The notes beneath the pieces were generated by a model. It had not been told where the DNA came from. It did not search any database and saw only the letters and a program-made list of their open reading frames with translations. Below, one piece after another: positions 35,344 through 48,065 of a stretch of 64,000 nt of DNA (its first letter is position 1; every line of letters begins with the position of its first letter). The stretch comes from Neophaeotheca triangularis (Eukaryota). Location of the stretch: positions 1 to 64,000 of the forward strand of contig BAAIJX010000051.1 of assembly GCA_054600435.1 (NCBI GenBank), in the 5' to 3' direction. Made by a program: the position numbers and the translations under genes.

Positions 35344-38337
35344 ATGTCGGACATACAGCTTTACCTCATTGAAACGGGCGCTGGAGCGCGTGACATTGCC
35401 GCTCAGAGCGCCCACAAGCTGGATTCGAAAGAATTGAAACTCATCGACTTGATCACGACCATCGGCGAATACATCAACAGCGAGGATGCCAAGATACGAA
35501 CAAAAACTGTGACCTATCTCGCAGAGGTTTTAGAGCTCGTAAGAGCCCTCTCGAACCAACAGCGGCGACTCTTGTGTGACTTCATCTTGGGCCGTCTGGA
35601 AGGCGATACTGAAGGCATTGGCTCATCGGCCAGAGCGCTGATTGCTCTCGAAAGCCATGGCAAATGGGATAGAGAGACTGCGCAAAAAGTCATGCGGACT
35701 TTCTTGGACTACACCAACCCCCTGAAGCAATTCAAGCTGCAAAATGAACGATATCCTGTTCTTCAACTCGTTGATCTGTTGCTGGCGAACAACCGCGACG
35801 CTATCCAGCAGCTACATGAGGATGACCCTCAATTCCTCCCAGCGTTCATCGCATACTTTGACGGGGAGAAGGATCCGCGCAATCTGATGATAGTATTCTC
35901 GATTCTTCAAGTACCGATGACGGAGTGGGACCTTCGATCCTGCGCCCAGGACCTCTTCGACTCCGTCTTCAACTACTTCCCGATAACTTTCAAACCTCCT
36001 CCGGACGACCCTTATGGCATCACTGCGCAGCAGCTCAAAGATCGATTGCGGGACTGCATTGCGGCATCGTCTGATTTCGCGCCGTACGCGTTCCCCGCCT
36101 TACTCGACAAACTGGACTCTACCTCGATGAACACGAAGCGAGATGTACTTCATACGCTACAAGCATGTACTTCAAATTACGAAACAAGGACTATGAATCT
36201 GTACTCAATCACGTTGTGGGACGCTCTCAAGTTTGAAGTGTTGAACGTGCAAGACGAGGATCTGGCCGAGGAAGCTCTCAAAGAAATGGGCCTCATGGCG
36301 CTTAAGGTCGAGTCCACCGAGGGCCCTCACAACTCATATTTGAGGCCTATTATCAAGGAATGCTGCGAACATCTTGAAGACGCACCGACAAAGCAATCTC
36401 AGGCAGCCGGCCGAATACTCCATGCTGTCGCAAGTGCTGGCTTAGTCACCGCGGACAAACTCACTAGGGGCGTGCTGCCTACGCTATTTGCATTGCATCA
36501 ATCTTCGGATTCAATAGCAAAGAGGAGAGGTCTACTTGAGGTATTCAACTTGGTGGTCAAAGTGTATTGCGAGATCGAGGGCGTTTCGAACCCTGAGGCG
36601 CTCCAAACATTCGCAAGCGAGGGTCAAGAAGCATTGTTGCGAGCTTTGATCAGCGCTCCAAAGGCCGAGGTTTCTTTCCGACTACTGGCGTTGGAAGGTC
36701 TGGAGCAATTCTTGAAGATACCCAAACTTATCGGAGAAGGTGACGTTGAGCGCATTGTCGACTCTGTGACTGAAATCGTTCTGCACGAGAGAATTGAGGG
36801 CCACGGCGACATCCGATCATCAGCGATCGAAACTCTCAACGGCATGGCCCACAATGCACCAGAAACCATCAGAAACCGGGCTATACCTGCATTCATGGTA
36901 GAGCTCCCAGATGCACCGACCGACGAGTCTGCCTACGCCCCTGTACTTGAAGCATTTGCGCAGCTCAGTGTCGAGCGTCAGGTGTTCGACACAGTAGTAG
37001 TGCGATTGAAGAACAAGTATGATGCCGCGAGCCACCAGAAGGCGTCGGTCGAGTATCAACGAGCCTTACTTTTGGGTATGCTGTATGCGTTCACATTTGG
37101 AGCACCGCAAATCGACGAGACCGGAGTTCTGCGCGACAGTTACTTCACCAAGTACGCCGAGCCACTTTTTACTCAAGTTCAGAACGCGAACCAGAGGGAC
37201 GATGAACGCTTCGAGATCATCGGCCGGATATGCAACGCCATCCTCAGGCCGCAATCTCAGCATTTTCAGAACTCTGTTTGTCACAAGCACCTTGAATGGC
37301 TCACACCAGCACCCGGAGACCAGGAAGCCGCGAGCAAATGCGTGAAAGTGGCACCCTTCTCACTCTATTTCTTCGCTGCAGTCCGGCCCGAAACTGTCTC
37401 GCAGCCAACTATTTCTGCTCTGCTACAAACCTATGCTGCTATACTACTCGAAGGCAAACCGATTGGTCGTGCGACATCAATTCTCCTGCGCCATCTGTAC
37501 CTCCTTATTGACAAATTCCTCGACAAGACTTCAATGCAAGCCTCTCTAGACTCCGCCAACTTGGGAGTTGACGCCTTACTGAGCGACAATTCAAGCGCGG
37601 AAGCTACAAGTGTCGCCTTCGCTGTGGTGAAAGCACTGATAGTGCAGGGCAGGACGCCAGCGTTGACAGCTAAGTACACAGGCCGCCTACTTCAGCTCCT
37701 GCAACGTCCAGATCAAACGATACCGCGCCGCTTTGCTACACTTCTAGCGCCTGACGACATCCTCACGAAGCAGAACCACTGCGTGGTCTCCGGGCTTTTC
37801 AAGCAAAAGACCTTCTCCCAGCTGGTCCCGCCCTTGATCGAATCCGTCCGCTCAAGCGACTCAAGTACAAAACCTGGACACCTCGTCGCCCTCTCCGGCA
37901 TCTTACGCTGGCTACCCTACTCTATCCTCTCGCCACAACTTCAACCGCTCACACCCGCACTGCTCCAATGCCTCGACTTAACACCAACTCAAACCCCGGA
38001 TGCCGGAGACACAAAATCCTCGGCATTGACAATCTTCGAGGGCGTACTCATGCACGACCCCAACGTCGTCGTCGAGCACACTAGCTCGCTCATCTCGCGA
38101 TTGCTGAACTGCACTGCGGTGCAAGGCAACAACGCCAACGTTCGCGCGAGCGCGCTGCAGTGCTTGACCCTGGTACCTGCGCAGCTGGCGAGAGAGAAAG
38201 TGATGCCGTTCCGCCGGCAAGTAGTCAAGAGACTGTTGCCGGTGTTGGATGATGCGAAAAGATCTGTGCGCAGTGAAGGCGTGAAATGTCGGAGCGCTTG
38301 GCTTGGGTTGGAAGAAGAGGAGGAGGAGGAGGAGTAA
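35344..38337 (+). CDS. MMS19: MMS19/MET18 cytosolic Fe-S assembly scaffold (HEAT repeats)
   Basis: Motifs DGEKDPRNLMIVFSIL, FNYFPITFKPPPDDPYGIT, WDALKFEV and C-terminal LDDAKRSVRSEGVKCRSAW. Single 997-aa ORF. Confidence 0.95.
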   Translation: MSDIQLYLIETGAGARDIAAQSAHKLDSKELKLIDLITTIGEYINSEDAKIRTKTVTYLAEVLELVRALSNQQRRLLCDFILGRLEGDTEGIGSSARALIALESHGKWDRETAQKVMRTFLDYTNPLKQFKLQNERYPVLQLVDLLLANNRDAIQQLHEDDPQFLPAFIAYFDGEKDPRNLMIVFSILQVPMTEWDLRSCAQDLFDSVFNYFPITFKPPPDDPYGITAQQLKDRLRDCIAASSDFAPYAFPALLDKLDSTSMNTKRDVLHTLQACTSNYETRTMNLYSITLWDALKFEVLNVQDEDLAEEALKEMGLMALKVESTEGPHNSYLRPIIKECCEHLEDAPTKQSQAAGRILHAVASAGLVTADKLTRGVLPTLFALHQSSDSIAKRRGLLEVFNLVVKVYCEIEGVSNPEALQTFASEGQEALLRALISAPKAEVSFRLLALEGLEQFLKIPKLIGEGDVERIVDSVTEIVLHERIEGHGDIRSSAIETLNGMAHNAPETIRNRAIPAFMVELPDAPTDESAYAPVLEAFAQLSVERQVFDTVVVRLKNKYDAASHQKASVEYQRALLLGMLYAFTFGAPQIDETGVLRDSYFTKYAEPLFTQVQNANQRDDERFEIIGRICNAILRPQSQHFQNSVCHKHLEWLTPAPGDQEAASKCVKVAPFSLYFFAAVRPETVSQPTISALLQTYAAILLEGKPIGRATSILLRHLYLLIDKFLDKTSMQASLDSANLGVDALLSDNSSAEATSVAFAVVKALIVQGRTPALTAKYTGRLLQLLQRPDQTIPRRFATLLAPDDILTKQNHCVVSGLFKQKTFSQLVPPLIESVRSSDSSTKPGHLVALSGILRWLPYSILSPQLQPLTPALLQCLDLTPTQTPDAGDTKSSALTIFEGVLMHDPNVVVEHTSSLISRLLNCTAVQGNNANVRASALQCLTLVPAQLAREKVMPFRRQVVKRLLPVLDDAKRSVRSEGVKCRSAWLGLEEEEEEEE

Positions 38338-40216
38338 GATAGTTAGCTACTGTCAGTCCATACGCTCGTAAAGGATGATGATGCCTCTCCTCCGCCCGGT
38401 ACTGCAATTTCGCCACTCATGATGTTGCCAACGACTTTGGCCGGTGTTCTGAGGTAGCCTCGGCATGCGGGTCAATGTCGGTTCGCTAGCGTGGAAGCGT
38501 TAAATAGACTTCATGCCTACCTCTTTGGTATCGAACCGTCTACATACCAAGACCACCATCAAAATTCAAGTTTCAAATTACCCGGCAATACCGCAACCAC
38601 TGGCGCCACAACTTGCACGGGCGGGCCCTGCGTTGATGCCGCACTCCAGACTTATTTCCGGACGTAGTGTTGCCGTTCTGACCCAGTCGACTTCTCAGAC
38701 GATAGACCTGGACGACCAGATGCACTGGCAGTAGTTGCAGCTTCATGGGATGCTGCAAGGCGTACAAGAAACGCGATACGCGGACTTACAAACGAATCAT
38801 GCTCTTGGTGAAGGCGCTGCTGACATGTGCAGTAACGATCATGGAGCCGTCCCAGATCGGATACTGCGGCTCCACTAGGTAATGAGGATGAAACGGCCAT
38901 CGAGAGCTGAAGTTACCAACGCATTGAATGATAGAGCATATCTCCGCACTTCGACTGGAAATGCCCTTATCTTTCTATTGCCCGAGGTATTCCTCACTTG
39001 GCATCCGTTCAGCAGTGTGCCGTAGCACTCTTCGGGCTGAAAGAACCTTGGAACTCCGTGAGCCTTAACTCCTTCCTTGTCTCTTCGCAAGACTCGCTCA
39101 CGTGTCGCCCCCACCGGCCGCCGAGACATGTGTTGCAGCTACAAGTCTCAATTAGTGGGATCAACGTATCCTCATGTGGAAGGTGAGTCTAATGTACCCA
39201 GGTTGATTCACACTCTCCTTGTCAATTATCGCGGGGACGCAACCACACTAGATGAAATAGAGTATGAAGTGGGCACCTAGCTGCGGTTCTTTAGACTTGC
39301 AGCAGCCACACCGCGGCCCGCCCCCAGGGTCGTTCATAGGACAGGCCCAAGGGTCTTTGACTGCTTAGGTTGACGTCCAAACATCACCTCCTTCCACTCA
39401 ATCACTCAACTTCGTTTTTTTAGGAGCGAAGTGGTCATGGTATTATGGCAGCGCGCTCCGAATTCTCCGAATCACGAACGGAGCATGATGTCCATTGATA
39501 TTCTGGCATTCTCGATCTCACGCTGGACTGATCAGACACGTCCAACATCGAACTCTGTTCTCCGTACACCGGAGACTTCTGGACCCGCACCCGCTTACTT
39601 GGCCTTCGTTGGTAATGCTAGATTTGGACAGAGCTTATCTAGCTGGGCGAAGAACTTGGCCTCGTCGGGTGCTCGTGGAGGTGTGCACCCGCACTCCTTG
39701 CACAGTGACATGCTGATGGTATGCTACTAGCACGTCTAGAGAAGTTCCTTGGCTCTGGACAAAGAAGGTTCAGTGTGCTCGCTGACCTGCCCAATATGTT
39801 CGAAGGTTCTCTTGGCACGCTAGCAATATCTCTTGGTATAATTGCGTGAAACGCTGCGACCCTCGTTCGCCCTTGTGCTCATGCGAACGACTTTGAGCCT
39901 ATCCAACCAGTGCATTAAGCCGCTCGAATAGCAGGGCAGAAATCGCATTCGAGACTTCGATCCCGCATTGGCAGAACGATGCTATTGATTTACGCCGTTG
40001 AAGCCCGAAACAGCCTCTTCAATACTCGACTGCAATGTCGATCTTCAAGGCTTCACAGTTGCAATGGCACCAATTGACTGCGGCCGGCGGACTGCCTTGA
40101 ACATTGCAAAGCCGTCTGGCGTGAGATCGACATAAAAGACGAGCTGCGCGCCTAGTGTAAACAGGCAAATCTTCAAGTTGATCGTTTCGTTCTCTCGTCC
40201 ATCTAGAACCCCCAAG

Positions 40217-42235
40217 ATGCGCTCAACACAAATAGCAGTCCTCTCGGTTCTCGCCGTTGGCACTTTCGCTCATCCTCACCACCAGTTGGAAGATCGTTCT
40301 CCCAACCTCCACGCACGTCAGGCGAGTAACGCAGCTGAACGATTCCGACCTCAACAGCGTACTCGGTACTACAAGCCTGGCGCCTTTGGCAATGGCAACA
40401 ACCTTCCAAGCGCTGGCAGCTACATAGAAGCCGCAGAGAACTTTGTCAGGTCCGAGTACCCTAACGCAGAGTTCCGTCGCGCAAACGACGCCTATGTCAG
40501 CTCGCCTAATGGCATAGGACATGTCTACTTCAAGCAGACAATCTTTGGCTTCGACCTCGACGATGCGGACATCAACGTCAATGTAGGTACCAGCGTTGAA
40601 CGAGTGAAGCGACATGCTAACATCGCAAATAGGTTCGACCCGATGGCTCTATCTTCTCCTTTGGCGGAGATTTCTACACTGGTCCCCTTCCCGACGCACC
40701 ACCCCGGGCAGCTGAGCTACTCGAGCCGGGCAACGCATTAGAGAGCGTTGTCTCATCGCTCTCCCTTCCCATCGACCCCCAGGGCGGGCAGCTCATTGTC
40801 GATGACGAGACTTCGTTCAGACTTGAAGGCTTGGTCGCCGAGGATAACGCTCCCAATGGCCAATTGGTGTACTACCGCTCTGGAGATGACCTCGTTCCAG
40901 CGTGGCGTGTCGAGACCGACACCTACGAAAACTATCTCACAACATATCTCTCCGCCGCCAACGGAAACGAGATCTTGGCTGTCACTGACTATGTCACTGA
41001 CGCCGCCACGCCCGCTTCATACGAGGTATTCAAGTGGCCCTTGAACGATCCGCGAGGTAATAGGCGTACAATTGAACGCTTCAACAAGGACCCAAAGAGC
41101 AGTTACGAAGGCTGGCACACCGATGCCGAACAAAGCTATACAGCGACTCGCGGCAACAATGGCATCGCGCAAGAAAACTTCGACGGCACTCCCGCGTTCC
41201 TCAACAATGACAGGCCTTCGGACGACAAGCACAACTTCAGAGCTCCTTTTGATGAGTCCTGGGAGCCGGAGGAGTACGGTAAGTGACAAACTTCAAATTG
41301 ACCTTTACACTTCATTTGCTAAAAGCGATGCAGTCAATGCTTCTATCATTCAGCTCTACTACACATCCAACAAATTTCACGACCTATTGTACGTGCTTGG
41401 TTTCAACGAGCAGGCAGGCAACTTTCAAGAGTCCAATTTTGGTCGTGGCGGCCAGGGTGGTGATGGCGTGCAGCTCAACACACTTGACGGGTCGGGCACA
41501 AACAACGCCAACTTCGCTACTCCACCAGACGGCCGTCGACCTCGAATGCGTATGTACAAATTCACGGGCACTTCACCAGCGAGGGATAGCTCCTTCGAAG
41601 CTGGGATTGTCATCCACGAATATACTCATGGTCTGTCGAACCGCCTGACCGGTGGACCAGCTAACACACGCTGTCTCTCGGTGCTTGAATCCGGAGGTAT
41701 GGGTGAAGGTTGGTCCGACTTCTACGCCACGGCCGTACGCGTCACTAGGAACGACGACCGAAACCTCGACCTTCCTATTGGCGACTATGCCACCGGGAAC
41801 CCGAGGGGCATCAGAGCCGTCGTCTACAGCACCAGCTTGACCACGAACCCCTACACCTACTCCACTCTCAACGGGCTTGGACGCGTGCATGAGTACGGAA
41901 CAGTATGGTGCTCCGTTCTTTACGAAGTCCTCTGGAACCTGATCGATGCCCGTGGCAACGCCAACACCGAGATGCCTCGCCTTGGTGGAAATGGTGTGCC
42001 CATGGACGGCAAGAACTTGGCCATGAAGATCGTCATGGACGGCATGGCGCTGCAGCCTTGCAACCCCACGTTCTTGCAGGCAAGAGATGCGATTATCGAT
42101 GCCGACTCTGCGCTCACCAACGGCCAAAACAGGTGTCAGTTGTGGAGGGCTTTCGCGAAGCGTGGGATGGGCGAGGATGCTGACCGTGTAGGCGGTGTGT
42201 TCACGGACGGTTTTGAGGTACCGAGCGGATGCTAG
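40217..42235 (+). CDS. mep: extracellular metalloproteinase, fungalysin (M36)
   Basis: Signal peptide, FTP propeptide ([10 protein letters not shown]), [26 protein letters not shown], zinc site [14 protein letters not shown] and GMGEGWSD. Introns 40583-40632 and 41279-41333. Confidence 0.95.
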
Positions 42236-42539
42236 ATGATTCATATATCTCGCAAGTTCAACTCGGTTCATGTTATTCTACTGCCTCTGCTCTTTCAAAA
42301 TGGAGACTTTTCCCTCGCATCAACAAAGAAACAAACCCCCGCGTGATAAGCGGAATGCCCGAGTTTCGGAAGGAGCAATGACATTGACAGCTTCCTGCCA
42401 GGAGAGCAAGAGCGGCGTGGATCCGACGTTACTACTTCTAACGCCTGTGAGAGCCATGATCCTTCTCCAGTAGACAACACACAACACTTCTTCTTCCTTG
42501 CTTGTTTACAGTACTCCCGCTACCTCACGCACTTCCAGC

Positions 42540-43922
42540 ATGGCGTCCGACACCAACGTCCAGAAACTGGACCCCCTCATCACCCTTATGCAAAGATGCC
42601 AAGAAGCTCAGGGAGCAAAAGCTGTCTCAGAAGTAGGCATTGTCCCAGACACATATAGTTCTCAAACCTGACAATTTAACCGCAGGCCCGACGTCAAGCT
42701 TGGTGTCACTTTGCCGATAGCATCGTCGCTCGTCTCGCTCTTGAGCGCTGGACCACGATACCAACCGACTGGGTGGCGCTCGCGGCTATTACGGAGCACA
42801 AAAGGACCCTGTATGGCATTTTCGCTCACACTCAAATGGAACGTCTTGCTAAGTACGCCTACTTGGAACAACCTTGGGTAATTATCTTGCTCGTTTGTAG
42901 TGTCTTTGCCACGCCCATGCTTACTTTTAGCACAGCTGCATTCAGGTACCATGACGGCAGGCACTCATCCGGTGATTCCTTCTACTCAGGCTCATGTGGA
43001 TTCTCCGGGTGACCAACAATGGCCGGCCGATCTTCCTTCTCTCCCTGTCCTTGGACCTTCGCAGGCGACCCAACACATGGAAGGCTATTTCTCGACGGAG
43101 CTTCTCCTCCCAACTGAACAATCAAGCTTCCAAGGCTTCTACGACCCTCCAAAGACCGTCAATCAGCCGAAAGAGACCGCGCGCCGCTCAATACGGGTAA
43201 GCGATGGCCAAAGCCTCTCGGCATTCCTCGACACAACCCTTGGAGCCGAATCCAGCACTGTCTTCCGCGAGAGGATCGATGCAGCCAGAGAATCTTCAAG
43301 CTCGGACGTCGCCCAACTCGGGAAATGGCGCTCTCTCACGAACACGCAAGCCCTCCCCACTCCGGCTCCGACTCGGCTCTCTCCAAATGCTCTGCCCCAG
43401 CTGCGATTTCGACGCAGTTCAACGACTGGTGTTTCTAGCTTTGCGGCGCGGCTGGCACGGTGCCTGGACCAGTCGGGAACGGGCAGCGGAAGGACGGAGG
43501 CTGAGGCCCACAAGAGCGGTGATCATACTGATGCAATGGAAATCGCGTATGCCATTCAAGAACAGCCAGAGGGACCTCCGAAGAAAAAGCCAAAACAGGA
43601 AGACAAGCCTCCACTGAAAGCAAGATCAATGGCACCACACAACCCCGAAGCCGAAGTTCCAGCGCCTTCAGGCATCAAGTGCGAGAACTGCGTGCTCCGC
43701 CATACGGCCTGTGACAAGCAATATCCTTGCGGCCAGTGCACAGAGCGTGGCGCGACGTGCGGCCAGCCGGTACTGAGACCGCAAGCCGGCGGCATCAAAA
43801 TTGGATGCAAGCGGTGCAGGGAGAAAGGTTTTGCGTGCAAGGGCGGGATGCCGTGTGATCAATGCGAGAAGGAGGGGGAAGGGGAGGAATGTAATAGGCA
43901 ATTGAAGCTGGTCTGGGCTTAA
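42540..43922 (+). CDS. protein with two C-terminal Zn(II)2Cys6 binuclear clusters; 5' exon structure uncertain
   Basis: CENC-x6-C-x5-CGQC-x6-C and CKRC-x6-C-x5-CDQC-x8-C, with PPKKKPK NLS-like motif upstream. Candidate ATG at 42540 with an intron at about 42633-42685; I could not resolve the later joins. Confidence 0.65.
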
Positions 43923-44083
43923 GAGGGGACGAGAGGGGATATATGCGGGGTCGGCGTGCGTGCGAGCAGAGTGTAGTTAACTTGGTTGGCGATATCTTGA
44001 AATCAGACTCAAAGAAGTACCAAGCCTCTCGCCGTTGTCCCCCTCAAACCACAATACTTACCATCCTCAGCCACTCATGCTGC

Positions 44084-45730
44084 TCACGGCATCACTACCA
44101 CAGCCTCCCCTCCGGAATCCACCCACCTCAGCCCCGCCTTCCTCACGCGACTCTTGCTAGCCACATAAAGCATCAAATAAACATGCTCTATCACCTCACC
44201 CCAACAATAAACCCTTAAGACCCCTCCCTCCCCAGCCCCACCAATACCGGCTTTCTCCCGCGAACACCAAACCCCCCACCCCGCTTTGCCCGACCCAACA
44301 AAACTTTCCAGAAATTGCCAACATTCCTCCCGGGTCTCTGACGGCCACGTACGGGTTTCGAAGACCCAGTGTCCGCGCTCGAGAGATTGGAGGGAGCGGG
44401 TCACGGCTGTGGGGTTGTATTTGGCTGATATGTCGGAGTGGGAGGCGAGGTAGGAGAGGGAGTGTGTGATGTGGCTCTTGAAGGGTTCGATGCCGGGGGG
44501 CGGGGATGGAGGGCGGATTATCTGTGTGGACGTGAGGGTTGTCGGCGAGGGTGGTAGAGAGGTTCGTGCAGCGAGAGCGGGGTGTTTGAGCGGCTCGGGT
44601 GGCTTAGGTGGGGGGTTTGCTAGTCGCTGGGCGGTGGTGTGAGCTGCGGGCTGGGTGCGTTTGAAGTGTGTTTTCGTGCGCTCTTCGTTGGCTTCGGAGG
44701 GAACGGTTGTCGTGGGCTCTGCTGAAGGTTCGCGCTCCACGTGGACTGGTAGAGCATCTTTTTTTGTTGGAACCGCTTGCGGTGCAGAAGGCAAAGCTTG
44801 AGTCACTGCAAGTGCCACTGCGTGGTTCGACACTGGTTGGCTGGCAGATATCGATGACGTTTGACTGCGCTGATGCTTGCGTGGGGATATGAGCGCAGTG
44901 GGGTCGCTGGTAGAGCGCTGCTGGCTTCTTAACAACGAACGTGGCGACCTTGATGACATATTGCTGAGAGAATAAGTTGTCGGCAGTTCAGAATTCATAT
45001 CGGCGGAAGCTTGGTCGTTCTCGTTCATTAAGCTGCCCTCCACTTCCTGGTCCAACTGCTGGGCCGCATTGCCATGTGGGCAAGAAAGTGCGCGAGGAGA
45101 GGCTGCAATTTCGCCATCGCGAAGGGTTGCTCCACCGCTATAGCCAATTTCAGTAGTATTCGCAACGACTTGCTCCTCTCGAAGTCTGTCTAGTAACCGA
45201 GGCTTCTTGTTGGATCGATCAAGCACAGGTGTCTGCAAATAGGACGAAGGTGTCTGCTCCTCAGCACTCCCGTCCTGGTCCCTAGGCGTTTCCAGAGGTG
45301 TTTCTACGATCAGTCGGCTCGTAGGAATCTCCGAGATCGCCGAAGTAGGTCGTTTAAGATCCCTTCGTGCGGGAGTGATCAAGGATGAAGTAAGGAGCTG
45401 GCTCTCCAGAGCCGAATATCCAAGCTGCGTATCGTCCAAATAGGCGAGCGAATTAGGAAGATGCAGCAAAGTCGTATCATTCAGCCTGGTAGTGTCAGGC
45501 AACATGGTAGTACTTGAGCGACCCTTCTCCACGCTGTCACCAACGTTCTCAAGGTCAAACCCAGGAGCTGGTGCCGATGGGCTTTGTGGTGCTTGCCTGG
45601 AAGCTCTGCTTGATGGGGGGAAGGACCCCTGAAAGCCTAGGTATGCTTGAGCCTGCGCTTTATAGCGAGCATCATCGTTTTGTTTGCTTGGGGCGCCGGC
45701 ATGCACTAGTATTTCTACTCGGTTGACCAT
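44084..45730 (-). CDS. conserved fungal hypothetical protein
   Basis: Structured N-terminus (VEILVHAGAPSKQNDDARYKAQAQAYLGF) and Trp-rich C-terminal domain (ERGHW...AGWGVWC...VYCWGEVIEHVYLMLYVAS) flank a disordered middle. Confidence 0.75.
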   Translation of the reverse strand: MVNRVEILVHAGAPSKQNDDARYKAQAQAYLGFQGSFPPSSRASRQAPQSPSAPAPGFDLENVGDSVEKGRSSTTMLPDTTRLNDTTLLHLPNSLAYLDDTQLGYSALESQLLTSSLITPARRDLKRPTSAISEIPTSRLIVETPLETPRDQDGSAEEQTPSSYLQTPVLDRSNKKPRLLDRLREEQVVANTTEIGYSGGATLRDGEIAASPRALSCPHGNAAQQLDQEVEGSLMNENDQASADMNSELPTTYSLSNMSSRSPRSLLRSQQRSTSDPTALISPRKHQRSQTSSISASQPVSNHAVALAVTQALPSAPQAVPTKKDALPVHVEREPSAEPTTTVPSEANEERTKTHFKRTQPAAHTTAQRLANPPPKPPEPLKHPALAARTSLPPSPTTLTSTQIIRPPSPPPGIEPFKSHITHSLSYLASHSDISAKYNPTAVTRSLQSLERGHWVFETRTWPSETREECWQFLESFVGSGKAGWGVWCSREKAGIGGAGEGGVLRVYCWGEVIEHVYLMLYVASKSRVRKAGLRWVDSGGEAVVVMP

Positions 45731-46070
45731 TTGTATCCAAGTGAAGTATGGCCATTGTTCAGTGTTGATGCGAGAGGGGAGCTTTTGCTAACGTTGGCTG
45801 CCTCATTATTTAGACGTTCTTGGATTCGACACGGAAACACGTTTCAGCGTTGGCAGTATGTCACATGGTACTTTCAAGAAGCTGCGAATTATGCAGCAAC
45901 GACGAAGTGAAGTCAAGTCAACAGTGAAGTCGAGGTTGTGGGCACGTGCACAAGTGCCAAGATTTTCGTGGGCTGGCTTCTGAGAATTTGGTCAAGGCTC
46001 AAAGTCCACGGCGACGACGTCGGACTACTCCCCCTCCCCCCTCCACCTCACGAACACCATCACCGTAATC

Positions 46071-47868
46071 ATGGCGCCAGCATCACTTCTCGATCTGGTG
46101 AACTCCCTTCCCTCCACGGAGACATGGGGTCCCCCTACCACCAACGAGACCACCCTCAATGGCGTGCCATATGCGCCTTTCTCCAAGGGCGACAAGCTGG
46201 GTCGCATGGCCGACTGGACCATGGACAAGGACAGCCGTGAGCGCGGAGGTCGCCAGCAATACCAAAGGAACTACCGCGACCAGATCTACGGCGCCGGACC
46301 CGGCGGATTGCAAACTGTCTTCAACGTCGAGGGCCAGAACGAAGACAACACATTCTCGCTTGTCGACCGATCTGCGCCTACAACCCGTGGACGAGGCTTC
46401 GGCAGGGGTGGAACCGCGACTTTCCGTGGGAGAGGGCAAAGAGGGGCTGCGAACGCGCGCGGTGGAAGAGGCACTTTCCAGCGTGTGGGCGGCAGAGGAG
46501 GGCAGCAAGGTTTCAACGACCGTGGAGGACGCGGCGGCAGGGGCGGAAGGCGATTTGGCTGGAAAGACTACGACAAGCCCCAGCGAAACCGCGAGTACTC
46601 GGTGCAGCCAAAGGATACCTGGAGGATGCTCGAGGAAGTCGAATTCAGCCGTCTGGCCAAGCTCAATCTCGATACTGGTGAGGGCGAGGACCTTGATGAC
46701 TATGGTTTCTTGTACTATTACGACCGTGCATACGACAAGCAGCCGGGTGCACCGCAGTCGTCCCGCAAGCTCAATGTCCTCGACAGGGCTGCGTACAACG
46801 TCACCACTTCCTCCGATCCAGTCATCCAGGAGCTCGCCCAGCGAGACGAGGCCTCTGTCTTCGCGACCGATAACATCCTCTCCATGCTGATGTGCTCGCC
46901 TCGCAGTGTCTACAGTTGGGACATTGTCTTGATCAAAGAAGGCAACAAGATCTACATCGATAAGCGTGAAGGCAGCAGTCTCGACATGGTCACTGTCAAC
47001 GAGAACGCTGCCGATGCGCCTCTCGAGATGAGCGAGGGCAACAAGGACACCATCAACGCTCCCGCGGCTCTCAAGGAGGAGGCAACCCACATCAACAATG
47101 TCTTCCCCGTGCAGGCTGTCCAAGAGTCGACCAAGCGCGACATGGCTCACGAGCATCCCTTCTACGACCCTGAAGCCGAATCAGACCCTCCTGCAAGCAA
47201 GGCTTACAGATACCGCCGCTTCGATCTCTCACTTGCGGACGACGAGGAGCCCCTGAACCTGATTGTGCGTACCGAGCTCGACGCCGTTGTCAAGAACAAC
47301 ATCTCCGGCGAGGACCAATTCCTCACCATCAAGGCCCTCAACGAATTCGACAACAAAGCTCAAGGCTCTGGTGGTGCACTCGACTGGCGGACAAAGCTAG
47401 CAAGCCAGCGTGGTGCCGTCGTGGCCACGGAGATGAAGAACAACTCCTGCAAGCTCGCGCGCTGGACCACACAAGCCATTCTCGCCAAGGCCGACCAGAT
47501 GAAGCTTGGGTAAGCAGCCCAACCACCTCCGAATCCTCACCAACGCAGAAATACTAATATTTTTCCGCAGTTTCGTCTCCCGCACCAACCCCAAGTCCAC
47601 AACCGACCACGTCGTCCTCGGCGTTCTTGGCTACAAACCGCGCGAATTCGCCACCCAGATGAACCTCAACCTCAACAACGGCTGGGCCATTGTGCGCACT
47701 TTCGTCGACATGGTGCAGAAGAACGAGGACGGCAAATACGTGCTTGTCAAAGACCCTAACAAGCCTACCATTCGTCTGTACCAGGTGCCTAGGGATACTT
47801 TTGAAGATGATGAGGGCGAAGCTGGCGAGGGCATGATGATGGGTAGTGTCGATGGAGGGGATGAGTAG
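46071..47868 (+). CDS. EIF3D: eukaryotic translation initiation factor 3 subunit D
   Basis: Motifs [21 protein letters not shown] region, [21 protein letters not shown] and [18 protein letters not shown]. Intron 47510-47570. Confidence 0.96.
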
Positions 47869-48065
47869 AGAGTCATTGGGGTGGGAAGAGGCGAGCTAGC
47901 TGATAAAGGCGCTAGGTACCTAGACTCTACAGTGTGTAGCGGCTTAGTAATGCTCCCGTACCAAAAGCGAATACAGACTTTAAATTGCAGCAACCCTCCT
48001 TCAGACAACGGACCAGGGAAGGAGCCAGCATAAAAGGGATCGCAACCACGCTCACCGCTACGACC

